Assembly: GCA_030324005.1 (NCBI GenBank)
Contig: JARDVH010000099.1
Location: 42,209,788-42,273,787 of the forward strand
Reading direction: 5' to 3'
Origin: Negaprion brevirostris
Taxonomy: Eukaryota
DNA length: 64,000 bases
Made by a program: the position numbers and the translations under genes. The notes below the pieces were generated by a model. The model did no database searches. It worked only from the letters and a program-made list of their open reading frames with translations, and was not told the origin of the DNA. Below are positions 50,040 to 63,270 of the stretch, one piece after another (within the stretch, counting starts at the first letter, position 1; each line of letters starts with the position of its first letter).

Positions 50040-51320
50040 GAAGGACAGAGTAAGAGTGAGCTAGCATGGATCTGTTAAAGGCAAATCATGTCCAATCTAC
50101 CTGATTGATGAAATAACAGAGGGTTGATCAAGGTGAGCAGAGGGGCCTGAAGGTGTATAGGTGCTTTGTCACAAATCCTTGAAGGTGGCAGGGTAAATTG
50201 ATAAAGCAGTTAAGAAACCTTATGGGCCCTTTAGCTTGTTAAATAGGCTGTGGGGGATGAAAACAAGAGAGTGACACAAAACCTTCACACATCAGTGGTC
50301 TGTCCTCAGCTGGAGTGCTGGGTAGAATTCTGGCCATCACGCTTTTGGAATGATGTGAAGGCCTTGAAGACAGTACAGAGAATGTTTAATAGGTTGATTC
50401 CAGGAATCAGGATGGTAGTTGTATGCAGATTGGAGAAACTGGGATTGATAAAGTTAAGCAGAACTCCAGTAGAAGCTTCACAATTGTGAATTATAGTGGT
50501 GCCTTAGAGCAATCCAGATTTTTAAAGTAATTTTCGGTGTAGGTCAGAAGTCTTGACTAGCTTCTATTATAGCCTAAAACTAACAAAGTTATGAAGAATT
50601 TTGAGAGATGTAATAGGGAGAAGGGGTTGCTTTGGTTGGCAACCCCAGGTCATAGATTTAAAATAATTGGCAAAAAACTGGATGAGAAATTGTTTCACAT
50701 AAGAGGATTATCATGAATAGTTTTCCAGATATTAAAGATAGAAGGATGGTAGGAGTTGAGGGCCTGAATGCGATTACTGTCACTAGAGAGGTAGTGCTTG
50801 ANNNNNNNNNNNNNNNNNNNNNNNNNNNNNNNNNNNNNNNNNNNNNNNNNNNNNNNNNNNNNNNNNNNNNNNNNNNNNNNNNNNNNNNNNNNNNNNNNNN
50901 NTGTACTCGGAGTTTAGAAGGATGAGGGGGGATCTTATAGAGATGTATAAGATGACAAAAGGGACAGATAGTGTAGAGGTAGAGAGATCCTTCCTGCTCA
51001 GAAAGGATAGCAGGACTAGAGGGCACAGCCTCAAGGTAAGGAAGGGGGGGGGGGGCAGTTTAGAACAGAGTTGAGGAGGAACTTCTTCAAAGGGTGGTGA
51101 ATCTCCGGAATTCTCTGCCTGTTGAAGTGGTGGAGGCTACTTCGCTAAATATATTTAAGACACGGGTAGATAGGTTTTTGGCAGGCAAGGGAATTAAGAG
51201 TTATGGGGAGAAAGCAGGAAAGTGGAACTGAGCCACTTCAGATCAGCCACGCTCTTATTGAATGGCAGGGCAGGCTTGAAGGGCTAGATGGCCTACTCCT
51301 GCTCCTACTTATGTTCTTAT
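50040..51320 (+). mobile_element. CR1 LINE fragments, including a younger 3' end at 50720-51320
   Basis: PQLECWVEFWPS; SEFRRMRGDLIEMYK; tail gatcagccacgctcttattgaatggc..ggcctactcctgctcct. Confidence 0.8.
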
Positions 51321-51746
51321 TCACACTATCTAAAAGCTTGGGGATTCAAATTCCATAGGAACTTTTAAAAGTCAATTGGACATGCATTTGAAGAGAACTA
51401 ATTTTCAGGGTTACCGGGCTAAATTTGACAGTTTTTTTTAAAGAACTATCACAGAGCATGACAGATCAAATGATTTTCCTGTAAAATTCTTGTTTCCCAA
51501 ATAGAAAGGGATGGAATCTGGAAATTAATTCAACTTGGAATTATAAAAATAGCTGTGTGTTAAACAAGTTAGCATGGAATACAAAATGAAATTAGGCTTG
51601 TTAGCTGCAGACTTTAAGAGCTGTCAGTACCACATAAAACATGATTCCCACTCAAATTAGAATGAGTTTTTGAATTTGTCAGTATTAGCAAACACCAATG
51701 AAGGAATTCATTTTAAATAATCGACAGTCTCATTAATGGTATTACA

Positions 51747-51758
51747 TTTATTTTTATT
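51747..51758 (-). terminator. Candidate CHAC2 poly(A) signals (tandem AATAAA)
   Basis: tttatt twice on the + strand; the first canonical AATAAA I can find downstream of the CHAC2 stop (about 1.8 kb UTR). Confidence 0.4.
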
Positions 51759-52264
51759 TTTAAAAAAAAATGGCTGTTTCTTTGAGGTTCATTTAAAACT
51801 GGTAAATAAAGTTCAATAATGACATTACTTTACATTCATGAAAGACAGAATCACACTTGCTAAACAACAGCAGCTTGACAAATGTGAGTCACAATGGTGC
51901 TTTACAGCAATCTCGATTTAAATGTAGTTTCCAGTGCAAGTCAAAACACATTAGCTTCTATTATAATTTAAAACTAACTGAAAATGATATTTGTTTCTAT
52001 TGATAGTTTTACAGTCTGAAAATAATTATAGCTCATTGTATTGTAGTTTGCAACCTCACCTTTTCCAAATATTTGGCAAAAATCTGCACATATCGATTTA
52101 GTGTTTAAACCCCAAGGGGTAGAGAGGCAGATATTATTCAGAAACCATGTACACAAATTTAGTGCAATTCAGACATTTGCGACTTTGACTTATTCTAATC
52201 ACCTAGAACATGCAATGCAAGTGGCCTAATGTACAAAATGAATACATTTGTTTTAGATTTCCAG

Positions 52265-53022
52265 CATGAGTAAAAGTAGAAAATGCTGGAAATACTCAGC
52301 GGGTCAGGCAGTATTGAAGAGAAAGAAAGAGTTAATGTTTCAGATCAATAACCATAAGTCAGAACTAGAAAAAAGTTAGGGATTTTGTCTAGATGGAGAA
52401 GGGGTGGGACAGGGAAGGAATGATCTTTTATGGGGTGGAAAGCAGAGTGATTAAATAATAAAAAAGACGGTGCAAAGCAAAAAGGGGCTGGTAATGATGC
52501 ATGAAAAAGGGGAGTTGTAAAGGAGCTGTAAATATTAACAGTAGAATGATTACCAGTACTGGCTCTTTGCAACAAATATAGAAGCAGTGGTTATGAAGAT
52601 AACTTACCAAACTCACCGAGTTCAACAATTTCAGATATTAACATCACTTCCACATTTTCCAGACAGCTGTTGTTATTTAAAGCCTTTGGGACTATTTGAT
52701 TCTTTAAATAAAAACTTGCACTTACACAGCACCTTTCACAACTTCAGTATGGAGGAAGCACTTAAAAAAATACATTATTACTGTTATAATGGTCACTGTT
52801 GTAATGTGCTTGTCCCATTACCACTCCTTTTGCCTGGCTCCATCATCCCTTTGTCATTTAAAATCACTCTTGCCTACCAATGTATTACATCCCTTTCCTG
52901 TTGTTCTTTCCTTTCCTTGTTTAAAAGGCTGTTAAAATCTAACCGTATCAAATTAAACCTTAGATCTGTTTCTCTTTCCAAAGATGCTGCTAAATATTTC
53001 CCACATTTTCTGTTTTTAATTT
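52265..53022. mobile_element. Inverted pair of Penelope-type pLTR arms (52265-52530 and 52805-53022)
   Basis: gaaaatgctggaaatactcagc..gttaatgtttcag arm and reverse arm ..ctgtttctctttccaaagatgctgc..cattttctgttttta; hammerhead remnant at 52330-52366 (minus). Confidence 0.65.
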
Positions 53023-53548
53023 TGTGTTCTTCAGGTTCTGTTGGGACGTGCTACAACTTCTGGGATGAATTCTGCAATCCAACATTCATCTATGGTACAT
53101 GTAATACACTGATTTTAACACTGGATGTCTGCTGTTTCCAGCAACAAGACAGGTAGGCAACATCCAAATGAATAATACTTTACTGGCTAATATTATCCTG
53201 CCAAGTTGAAATTTGATTTCACTTGAATTTATGACAATACTAAAAATATTACCACTAATAACCAAATATTCAGGGTATTCAGCATAAACTAGGCTTGTTG
53301 GCAAGTACACCTCCAGTGAAAGCATGACTTTACTAAGTACTGTGGCTGAATAATGAGAACACATTTTGATACATGGAGTACATAGTTACTTTTTAAATAT
53401 TACATTGTCATCAGCATTGCATTCAGTACCTTCTACTCTTATTTTGGTGGACATTGTCAGGAATAATGATACAGCAAGAATAAATTAAAAGTAAAAAGAG
53501 GTCAAGAAGAAAGTCTCCAATCCAGTCCTGTTGTATTGCAACAATCCT

Positions 53549-53932
53549 TTATATATAGTTACTTTTTCCATTTCTTTCTAAAAGCTCCTTGACCATTTTC
53601 TCCAATGAAAAGAGGTGTTCATCTGTATCTTCTGGAACAAGCTTTCGTAAGGAGTTGGCAAGTTCAAACAAGTACTCTGTGTTCCTTCCACTTTGCCCAA
53701 CAGCATTTAAAATCTGCAGAGCCATGTCTTCCAAGGGTGCTGGGCCCAAATAATTGGGATTATCACATGTTCCTATATATTGTATCACAGGGAAAGGATC
53801 TATTGAAGTATCCTTAGGATAAAATGTGACAGTAATGGTCCTGTAACCATCTTTTTCACGAAAGTCAAGATATTCCTTCACCTCGTCTTCCTTTCCATCT
53901 GGAAGCTTATACACCACACCCCACACAAGGCC
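53549..53932 (-). CDS. CHAC2: CHAC2 exon 3 (glutathione-specific gamma-glutamylcyclotransferase 2, terminal coding exon)
   Basis: attcag/[30 protein letters not shown]...[17 protein letters not shown]...[16 protein letters not shown]...DEHLFSLEK...* ; 384 nt. Confidence 0.97.
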   Translation of the reverse strand, partial: GLVWGVVYKLPDGKEDEVKEYLDFREKDGYRTITVTFYPKDTSIDPFPVIQYIGTCDNPNYLGPAPLEDMALQILNAVGQSGRNTEYLFELANSLRKLVPEDTDEHLFSLEKMVKELLERNGKSNYI

Positions 53933-54869
53933 CTGAATGTAAACATACAATATGGTAATACATTTGTCCAAAAGAAGAATACATCTTATCCGATAAAGAA
54001 TTCCACTGGTTTACTGCAGATAGCAAGTTTAACCAGATATACAAACTTCACAAACATGGAATGGGCTACTTGAACCAAAGATATTTGTGGTTGCATTATG
54101 GACAGGTGAGCAATTATGTTTACCATTGTAAATGTTCATGTTTTGAATTGAGGAAATTTGCACCCTTTCGTCCTCAATTAACATGGCAGATTCTAACCCA
54201 GCTCAAACTGCTCCATACAAGTGACTATATTGCCACACCCAATGTACAAAAGATTAATATTCATGAAACTTCAGTTTACCAGTCCACCTCCATTCTTACC
54301 TGAATCAATTCTCCTTCAGACAGACAGAATTGCTTAGCATTCCCTCTGGGGGAAGTCTTTGTATGTAATATGCATCACTCTCAATCTCTTGACTGAGATC
54401 GGAAACTCAACAAGGAACAAAATGCTTCAGAATTCTTAAAATCTACAGAATTTACACGGATCTAACAAATTGTTTTGTGAAAGCTCTCACCAAAATAATC
54501 AAACTCGACTGAAAGCTTATCTTTATTCCCACATGATGCAATCAGGGGTGGATGGGGGGAGGGAAATCAAGCTTTTGTAGCACCTCTTTCAAAAGAAAAC
54601 TTAAGATCTCAATAAACACACTTATGAAACTACTATTGATAACCATCACATTCAAAGAGGGAATAATTCTGACACATTAAATCAAAATGGTGTTTAGCTT
54701 TACACAATCAAAGGTGGCAGAGAATAGAAAGCCTCTGGCCTATCATTGAATAGGTTCTGTTACTGTTTAGAGAATAACTATTTGATGTGCTGTGGTTCAT
54801 CTGCAGGAGATCAGCATTCTACAATTATTTACATTTTCTGCCAATTTAATGTGTTTGGAGCAGAAAACA

Positions 54870-55235
54870 CACAACCATCCAGAAATGATGGCAGTGTTTA
54901 TATTACTGAACCATGATTCAAATCCCACCACAGCAGCTGGGGACTTGAACTTCAGTCAATTAAATAGAAAGACAGTATCAGTAATAGTGACCATGAAACC
55001 AATAGGTGGTCAAAAAGGCCCATCAGATTTTCTAATGGCTTAAGGGGGGAGAAATCTGCTGCCTTGTCTGTTCTGGTATGATTCTAAGTCAACAGCAACG
55101 TGATTGATTCTGAAATGGCCTAGCAAGTCTCTCAGTTTTATTAAACTGCTGGAAATTTATCTGTGGCAGTTCTCAAAGACACCTGATTAGCACCTTCAAG
55201 AGCAATTAGGAACGGGCTGTAAATGTTAGCCTTGA
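54870..55235 (+). mobile_element. Old SINE with L2/CR1-group tail
   Basis: B-box-like gattcaaatccc; tail caccttcaagagcaattagg..aaatgttagcc similar to the LINE end at 63220-63270. Confidence 0.55.
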
Positions 55236-55236
55236 T

Positions 55237-56060
55237 GTGGAGATGCTGGTGTCGGACTGGGGTAAGCACAGTAAGTAGTCTCAACACCAGGTTAAAGTCG
55301 AGTAGGTTTATTTAGTAGCACAAGCCACAAGCTTTTGGAGCGCTGCCCCTTCGTCAGGTGAGTGGGAGTTGTGTTCACAAACAGGGCGTATATAGTCACA
55401 AACTCAATTTACAAGATAATCATTGGAATGCGAGTCTCGACAGGTACAGATAATGTGAATGGAGAGAGGGTTTAAGAGATGTGTGTTGTCTCCAGGCAGG
55501 ACAGTTAGTGAGATTTTTGCAAACCCAGCCAGTATGGTGGGGGGTTACAGATAGTGTGACATGAATCCAAGATCCTGGTTGAGACTGTCCTCGTGTGCAG
55601 AACTTGGCTATCAGTCTCTGCTCAGCAACTTTGTGCTGTTGTGCGTCGTGAAGGCCGTCTTGGAGAACGCTTACCCGAAGGTCAGAGGCTGAATGCCCGT
55701 GACCGCTGAAGTGTTTGCCAACTGGAAGAGAACACTCTTGCCTGGTGATTGTTGAGAGATGTCCATTCATCCATTGTCATAGCGTCTGCACGGTCTCTCC
55801 AGTGTACCAAGCTTCAGGACATCCTTTCCTGTAGTGTATCAGGTAAACAACGTTGGCCGAGTTGCAAGAGTATGTACCGTGTACCTGGTGGGTGGTGTTC
55901 TCACGTGAGATGATGGCAACTGTGTTGATGATCCAGCATGTCTTGCAGAGGTTGCTGTAGCAGGGTTGTGTGGTGTTGTGGTCGCTGTTCTCCAGAAGAC
56001 TGGGTAGTTTGCTGCAGGCAATGGTCTGTTTTGAGGTTGTGCGATTGTTGTTATTATGAA
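55237..56060 (-). mobile_element. Penelope-like retroelement 3' part: GIY-YIG endonuclease plus pLTR
   Basis: PCYSNLCKTC..YSCNSANVVYLI..CPEAWYTGET..MNGH..LPVGKHF..HSASDLRVSVL..AEQRLIAKF. Confidence 0.9.
55325..55363 (-). ncRNA. Minimal hammerhead ribozyme motif (G12-to-A decayed) in a Penelope pLTR
   Basis: cac-CTGACGA-a-GGGGC agc GCTCC-AAA-AGCT-T-gtg; stem I cac/gtg intact. Confidence 0.7.
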
Positions 56061-57259
56061 TTGCTGCACCCTTTTCTGCCACAGAATCATTGAATCCCTA
56101 CGATGCAGAAAGAGGGAAATTTCAGCCCATCGAATCTGCACTGACTGTCCGAGAGAGCATCCCACTCGAGCACCTCCCCATCGCTCTATCCCCATAACCC
56201 CTCACGTTTATCACGACTAATCCAACTAANNNNNNNNNNNNNNNNNNNNNNNNNNNNNNNNNNNNNNNNNNNNNNNNNNNNNNNNNNNNNNNNNNNNNNN
56301 NNNNNNNNNNNNNNNNNNNNNNNNNNNNNNNNNNNNNNNNNNNNNNNNNNNNNNNNNNNNNNNNNNNNNNNNNNNNNNNNNNNNNNNNNNNNNNNNNNNN
56401 NNNNNNNNNNNNNNNNNNNNNNNNNNNNNNNNNNNNNNNNNNNNNNNNNNNNNNNNNNNNNNNNNNNNNNNNNNNNNNNNNNNNNNNNNNNNNNNNNNNN
56501 NNNNNNNNNNNNNNNNNNNNNNNNNNNNNNNNNNNNNNNNNNNNNNNNNNNNNNNNNNNNNNNNNNNNNNNNNNNGTCTCTTAGAGACCATGCCCATTTT
56601 ACTTCAAACTGCATTTTTGAACTATAGGTTTCGAGCCCTGTCGAGTACTAGAACAGTTCTAATCAGTTGCAAATTACACATTCTAACTGGGATCATGGTG
56701 CACTATCCTTTCTCTTCCTGTCTGCACCCATGCCATCCTGTTCCAATGCCTCTTCTCATTATCCAGCTTAGTGAGACTTCTTTTAGTTGCACTTTTACTT
56801 ATCATGAAGACATGGATATCCACNNNNNNNNNNNNNNNNNNNNNNNNNNNNNNNNNGGTAACCATCTCAGCTCCTCCGGTTGAACTGGTTTCATGAACAC
56901 AAAGGCAAGATTGAAGTTCTGGCCATCCTGATGAGCAGCATTTGATCATGCTATCCAATATTTGCCAGAGAATCTCTTACTTCTGTTTGTAGCCCTGCAT
57001 GCCAGTCTAGAGCTCCCACAGATCTATCCTTGGCACTCTTCTATACCACATCTACATGCGAGAATTCAGGTTTTATATAATGTAAATAACATCTAGCAGT
57101 ATTGCACCACCACCACTACATGCTGTCAATTCATTTATCAAACTGTCAGGACTGGATGTGACAATGTCAGCCAAATAAACATTGCAAGACCATAACCCTT
57201 TTTTGGTCTCCACCACAAACAATGTTGCCCAACCCATTTTAAAGTCCTCCATGGCCAGC

Positions 57260-57900
57260 GAGGTTGAAAAATGGCAAACTTAAGAAAGCTGAGATAAAGT
57301 GAGAAATTATAGCCTTGTTAGTCTAACATCTTGGGTGATTCTGGAATCAATAATTAAGGTCAGAGTGACTGAGCACTTGGAAAAAACCTGATTAAACAGC
57401 TAAAATGGATTTGTAAAAGGGTAGATCATGTCTAACAAACTTAATTGAATTGTTAGCAAAAGGAACTAAAATACTAGACAATGGAATATTTCTTGATGTA
57501 GTTAATGTAGAATTTTAGCGGGGTGGGGGGAGCATTTGTTAAGGTCCAAATTGAGACTGTTACTTAAATTTCAAGCTTGTGGAATTGAAGGCTAATTGAG
57601 ATTATTTAAGTGATAGAGAATGGAGTGCTGTAATGAAGGATATACACTCAAGAGGGAAGGAAGTTTCACAATGATCTGGCTGGAATCTCAACTAATATAT
57701 TCAAGCATGTTGATGTCAAAAGATTGGCAAATATACTATGTAGATTGCAGCATAAAAAATTACGAGGAGATATTGATGGATTAAGTAAACAGACAAAAAT
57801 GTGACAGGTGAATTTTAATGCAGACTAGAGATAATCCAATTTAGACTAAAAAAGCATTATTTAAATGATGAACAACAGTGGATGTCCAAAGAGATTTCAA
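57260..57900 (+). mobile_element. Old CR1 RT fragment
   Basis: aattatagccttgttagtctaacatc (NYRPVSLTS-like); ggatttgtaaaagggtagatcatgtctaacaaacttaattgaatt (GF.KG.SCLTNLIEF). Confidence 0.75.
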
Positions 57901-58601
57901 ACTTTCTTGTATTCAAATCACTCCATAACTTTGCTCCTGTAACTTTCCCCAGCCTTGCAAATCTGTATACTCATCTTGCCTTTTACATAGTACAAACTTC
58001 AAAATTGCCAAACCACGAATGGCTATATCTTCAGTTTCCTGGGCCCTAATTTTAGCACTTCCTCCCTCAGCCTCTGTCTTAAGATGTGCCCTAAAATATA
58101 TCCGTTTGATCAAGCTTTTGGTCACATTGGCTCTCCAATTTTGCTTGATAATGTTCCATTTAATAGCCTTGGGATGATTTACTATATTATGGTGCTACAT
58201 AAATATCAGCTGTTGCTGAACAATAGTATGTTATAGATGTAACTTGGTGCATTGTTCAGATCATATTGAGCAAAGCAATGCTCTCACGTGATACTTTTTG
58301 GGGATCTATTTTTTTTAAAAAAAGGCCTTCAAATGGCAAATGCAGAGTGAGCATTACAAAAGAATAGTCACACAATTTGAAACCAATCTGCCTTGCAGGA
58401 TCTATAGTTGCCATTTATCACCACTACATTCCTACTGAGAAAGACAGAATCAAAGCAAAACTGATGACTGGGGTGAAATGAAAGGATAGACTGTCAAGAC
58501 CGACATTAAACACCCCGTGGGCAGAAAATACAGTTAAACAGCAAATTTTGCAAAATCGTTCAATGATTTACAATTATAAAGCATTTTAACAGAGAAAGAG
58601 A

Positions 58602-58940
58602 GTGGCACGGTAACACACTGATTAGCACTGCTGCTTCACAGCTCCAGGGACCTGGGTTCAATTCCCGACTTGGGTCACTGTCAGTGTGGAGTTTGCACAT
58701 TCTTCTCATGTCTGCGTGGGTTTCCTCCGGGTGCTCCAGTTTCCTCCCACAGTCCAAAGATGTGCATGTTAGGTTGATTGGCCATGCTAAAAATTGCCCC
58801 TAGTGTCCTGAGATGCATAGGTTAGAGAGATTAGTTGGTAAATATGTAAGGTTATGGGGGTAGGGCCTGGGTGAGATTGTGGTCAAAGCAGACTCAAATG
58901 GGCCAAATGGCCTCTTTCTGTACTGTAGGGTTTCTATAAC
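58602..58940 (+). mobile_element. Near-complete HE1/V-SINE
   Basis: ttagcactgctgcttcacagctccagggacctgggttcaattccc..gtgtggagtttgcacattc..gggccaaatggcctc..ctgtaggg. Confidence 0.9.
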
Positions 58941-59694
58941 ATAAGGATCTTCACAGAGGTGACAGCTAAAGAGGAGAGAGAGAGTGAGACAGACAGGTTG
59001 GGTAGGCATAGGTTTACTTAAAGTGGTGACTTTTTAGGAGGGCTATAGAGAAAGAAGGGAAATAGAAAGACAATGAACTGAATGGAGAGAATTTCATGGG
59101 AGAACAGGCAACTAATATGGTAAGTTGCATCGAGAGCTAACTGGAACACGGTAGAAAAAGTGGATTTGGATTTGTTTGGAGGTTGGTTACCAGTGATGTC
59201 CTGCAAAGCTTGATGTCGGAAACTTTGCTCTTTAGTATTTTTGTTAACTTCAGATGTCATAACATACAAGGCTATGGGCCAAGTGTGGAAAGTGGGGTTA
59301 ATGTAGATTTAGTGTTGTTTTTATTGGTGCAGACTCGATGGGCTAAAGGGTCTGATCTAGACTGGGGTAGGATCCGCTAGATATGAAAAGCTGTGTAAAT
59401 GGCATGATTGTAGATCGCACTTAATTGCTTCAGGTCAATCCTGATTTGATTGGCAAGTGATGTTTAACTGGGAAAAGTGCAGTGTTATGCATGTGAGTAG
59501 GATAAATAATAAAAAAAGTGCTCACTTTAGAGAAGAGCATTAAATTGGGCAGAGAAAGAGATCTGGATATTCCAGTGCATAGATCTGTAAAGACTCATGT
59601 ACAAGCCATCCAGTGATAGCCAGAGTGAGGTGCATTTATGATGATGGGAACATTTAATCATTAATACCCAACATAAGGACATCAAGCAGTTAAT

Positions 59695-60015
59695 AAAGAA
59701 CAAAGAACAACACAGCACGGGAAACAGGCCCTTCGGCCCAAGGAGCCCGCGCCACCATTTTAACATTGAGTGCCCTCCTCTATCCATGACCTTTGTCTAC
59801 ACGTACTGGGGAAGATTGAGGGAAGACTAATTTAGGGACAATTTGTTACACCAATCAGCCTAAGAGCATGTTTTTTGGGATGTGGGAGGAAACCAGAGCA
59901 CCCGGAGAAAACCCACGCAATCACAGAGAGAATGTGCAAACTCCCGCAGACACTGGCCCAAATCCATGTATCTACACAGCAAACAGTGTTAGTCACTGAG
60001 CTGTCATGTTGCCCG
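59695..60015 (-). mobile_element. V-SINE (inverted relative to 58602-58940)
   Basis: tgtgggaggaaaccagagcacccggagaaaacccacgca..gagaatgtgcaaactcc; CR1-type tail. Confidence 0.8.
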
Positions 60016-61655
60016 TCAGATGGTCCAGTTTAACCGTACACAAATGACGTGAAGCACTCGGCAACTCTTGAAGCAACATCCAAGAGCAGCCATCGCACGA
60101 CCCACCGCATGTATGCCCCTTGTTGGTCAACAAGGCGGACCGAATATTTTAACACAAGGTTTTAGAAAAAAATTAAGCATTTAAACCATAACTGTAAAGC
60201 TAATAAGCTTGCCAGTATTCAATTGTAAAACTCAAGGATTAATTGTGTCAGTGAATTAACTAAAATGTGAAAACTTGACTACAATATAAATTTATCATGG
60301 TAGTTATGAAATCATACATTGTTTAGAAGAACAAATTATATAATATTGTATTCTAGAACAGGGAGTTCATCCTGGGAATTCTACCAGATGACTGGGCCCT
60401 CCTTCAGTAGAAAAAAAAGTTTTGACTACCCCACAAAATGCTGAATAAGTTAAAATTATAGTTTTGTATTACTAAGCAACCAGGAAGTCATTGATCAAGT
60501 AGTATGCTNNNNNNNNNNNNNNNNNNNNNNNNNNNNNNNNNNNNNNNNNNNNNNNNNNNNNNNNNNNNNNNNNNNNNNNNNNNNNNNNNNNNNNNNNNNN
60601 NNNNNNNNAAGCAACCAGGAAGTCATTTTGATCAAGTAGTATGCTTTCAAGAGTTGAATGAATGAATGGCAAACTATTATTTTAAGCTGTCAGATTATAA
60701 TTCGATTTAAGAATGCCACGAATAGATTAACAAGTTGAATATTAAATGACATCATGTTAATTGCTGGGTTTAAGATAACTGAATTGTATAATCGCTCAAG
60801 TTTTTGGCACAAAAGTGGATGTCTGCGGAGAAAGCTCAGAAGAGTAGTGTGTCATTGAGCCTACCTTGCATCCTCCCGTCAGCCAAAGTTTTTGTTTATC
60901 TGTATATTGTATGTTTTTGTTTTGTATTTTCTATGTTTTAATAAAACTAGTTTTAAATAGCAAATGTCATTATGCTTTAAAGACTGAGTTTCGTTTACCT
61001 TCACAAGAGTTTATTTAAAGTTGCTTTTTAGAACTTTCTAAAATAATCTGGCCACCAAAACAAAACTCCCCCACTACAATTTATAATACAATTAAAAAAC
61101 AAAGTATACTATTTTATCCTTGTACATTATTCTAACGGTGGCCAAACCATAAATGTCTCCATTTTTGATCTACTCACATATCATGTGGTAGAGACTTTGG
61201 GAAGAGAGCATCACTTAATGCCCAGCTTGAAGCATCTTAGTGTGGGACAGGGTGGGCACTGCTGTAGTAGCTGAATGAGCTGCAAGGACATGGATCAAAT
61301 TAAAGACGTTTTCATGAGACTTTCTGCTAAATCAACCAGCATTAGATTTAAACCCTATGCAATTAACAAGCATACTGAAGTTTGATGTAGTTTCCTCTGC
61401 CTTCCAAGTCTGGATGCTGACAAATGCAGGTACTGTATTTTGCTGCAAAGTTTGTTATTTGAGAGTTTAGATTTGACCAATATGCAATTCTATAAATTTA
61501 AAAGAATTCTGCTATTTTGCACATTTAATCAGCTAATAAATATACAATGGCTTGTTGTCCCGATGCAGAGGCTTAAGTATTTCAGATACTTTTAATGAAC
61601 GCACAAAAAATCTTAAACTGAAGAACTGATTTACAATTATACATTATTCTTTTAC

Positions 61656-61691
61656 CTCGGGGTCTTCAACAAGTGTGACAACTCTTCCAGG
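61656..61691 (-). CDS. CHAC2: CHAC2 exon 2
   Basis: ccctgtag/PGRVVTLVEDPE/gtaaaa; 36 nt, phase 0-0, ChaC PGRVVTL motif. Exon 1 was not found in the window. Confidence 0.95.
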
Positions 61692-62669
61692 CTACAGGGA
61701 TGGAATAGAAATACATAAGGTCTTAAGAAGTGTATAATCACACAATTTAATTATGATCTGATTAAGGACAAGCTAACATTGGTCTAATTTTAAAAGACAT
61801 CAAAACAAAAAAAAAACCTTGCATTTCAACGAAACTGACATATTTGGGCTCCAAATACTATGGTTCCAGTAACAAATGCATGACTTAAACACAAATTTTA
61901 TTAATTACAGAATACATTGTAACTTGTCCTTTCAGAAACCATTCTGCAGATTGCTTATTTGTCCATTCTCAGACAACAATAGTAATAAGATTATCTCACT
62001 ATTCACAGGTAAAGTCAGTCACTACATTCTATATTTTAAATTATACTTGGTACATTCAAATGTGCAATGCTAAATCTTAACCCATGTGCTATTATGAACA
62101 TCTAATTAGATGTATTCTAACATGTTCTCTAAGTTTATTCTATCTGTACAATAATTTTAGCATTTTACTTCAATGGAAATAAATCTGGGGTGGGGTGCTA
62201 ACACAAATTTTAATTTAATTAACACATTGATTATAAAGCAAAATAATATATTGTCCAAGGTCTGGGACTAGCAAATCATAGGTGGCAAATTCGAATTTCA
62301 CCATGACAGATTATGAAACTGAATTCATGTAATTCTGGTAATTTATAGACTAATGAACTTTTGTAAGCAAAAACCCAATTGGTTCACTCAATTTATTACT
62401 CCCATCTGATTCAGCCCAAACGGGAATCCAGTTCCACACTCCCACAGGCAACTAGAGACGAGCATAAGTACTCCTGTGCCAGTGTCAATCACATTCCAAG
62501 ACCCGCAAATATTTGATTGCCTTAATCTGATATTTCTGGATTATAAATGGTAGATATATTCACAATACAATACCTGTGATAAACATGCTGCTTTCAATAA
62601 TCAATAAACACCAAGTTGTATATGTCACATACAGAAAATGTTTCTTAGTTTATTACATCTTTGAACCAC

Positions 62670-63270
62670 TCCTATCAACATCCTGGGGTTAACACTGAGC
62701 AGAAATTGGGCCATCCATAAAAACAGTGTGGCAACAGAGCAGGTCAAAGATAGGGAATTCTGCAACAGGTAAATTCACCTTCTGTCTCCACAAAAGTCTG
62801 CCCATCACCTACAAGGCACAAGCCAGAGTGTGATAAAATAATCGCCACATGCCTGGATGAGAGCAGCTCCCACAATGCCCAAGCTCAATATAGGTCAGGA
62901 CAAAGCAGGCCACTTGACAAGCTTAAACATTCACTCCCTCCACCGCCAATACAGTGGTAGCAGTGTGTACCATCCACAGGATGCACTGCAGGGACTGACC
63001 AAGCCTCATTTGACAGCACCATCCAAATCCACAATCTCTACCACCTAGAATTATAAGTGCAAGACACATGGGAAGACCACCACCTGCAAGATCCCTTCCA
63101 AACCACACATCATCCTATCTTGGAACTGTACCACTGTTCTTTCACTCTTGCTGGATCAAAATCACTTCCTCATAGCACATGGGTACGCCTGCACCAGATG
63201 GACTGCAGCAGTTCAAGCTCACCATCACCTTCAAGGATAACAAATGTCAGCTTTGGCAGCAATGCCCACA
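62670..63270 (+). mobile_element. L2/CR1-group LINE 3' fragment
   Basis: ctacaaggcacaagc..gcctggatgagagcagctcc..caggacaaagcag..cactccctccaccgcc..ggactgcagcagttcaag. Confidence 0.7.

Noticed and set aside
52587-53156. Longest ORF in the track (189 aa)
   Set aside because: GTG start, composed largely of repeat fragments, low-complexity L/F/C/S composition, antisense to the probable CHAC2 UTR; no recognisable domain.
53933-53971. ORF-track N-terminus [13 protein letters not shown] of the 140-aa ORF
   Set aside because: Intronic read-through upstream of the CHAC2 exon 3 acceptor at 53933.
56920-56950. Other CTGATGA words (e.g. near 56928, 13417, 12084, 39370)
   Set aside because: No stem II followed by a GAAA-palindrome-UH arrangement; chance matches.
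58602-58680. tRNA-like A/B boxes in SINE heads
   Set aside because: They continue directly into SINE bodies and form no full cloverleaf; not tRNA genes.
60474-60646. ~35-bp direct repeat flanking a gap (similar case at 44622-44743)
   Set aside because: Typical unmerged contig-end overlap around a 100-N gap; an assembly artefact.
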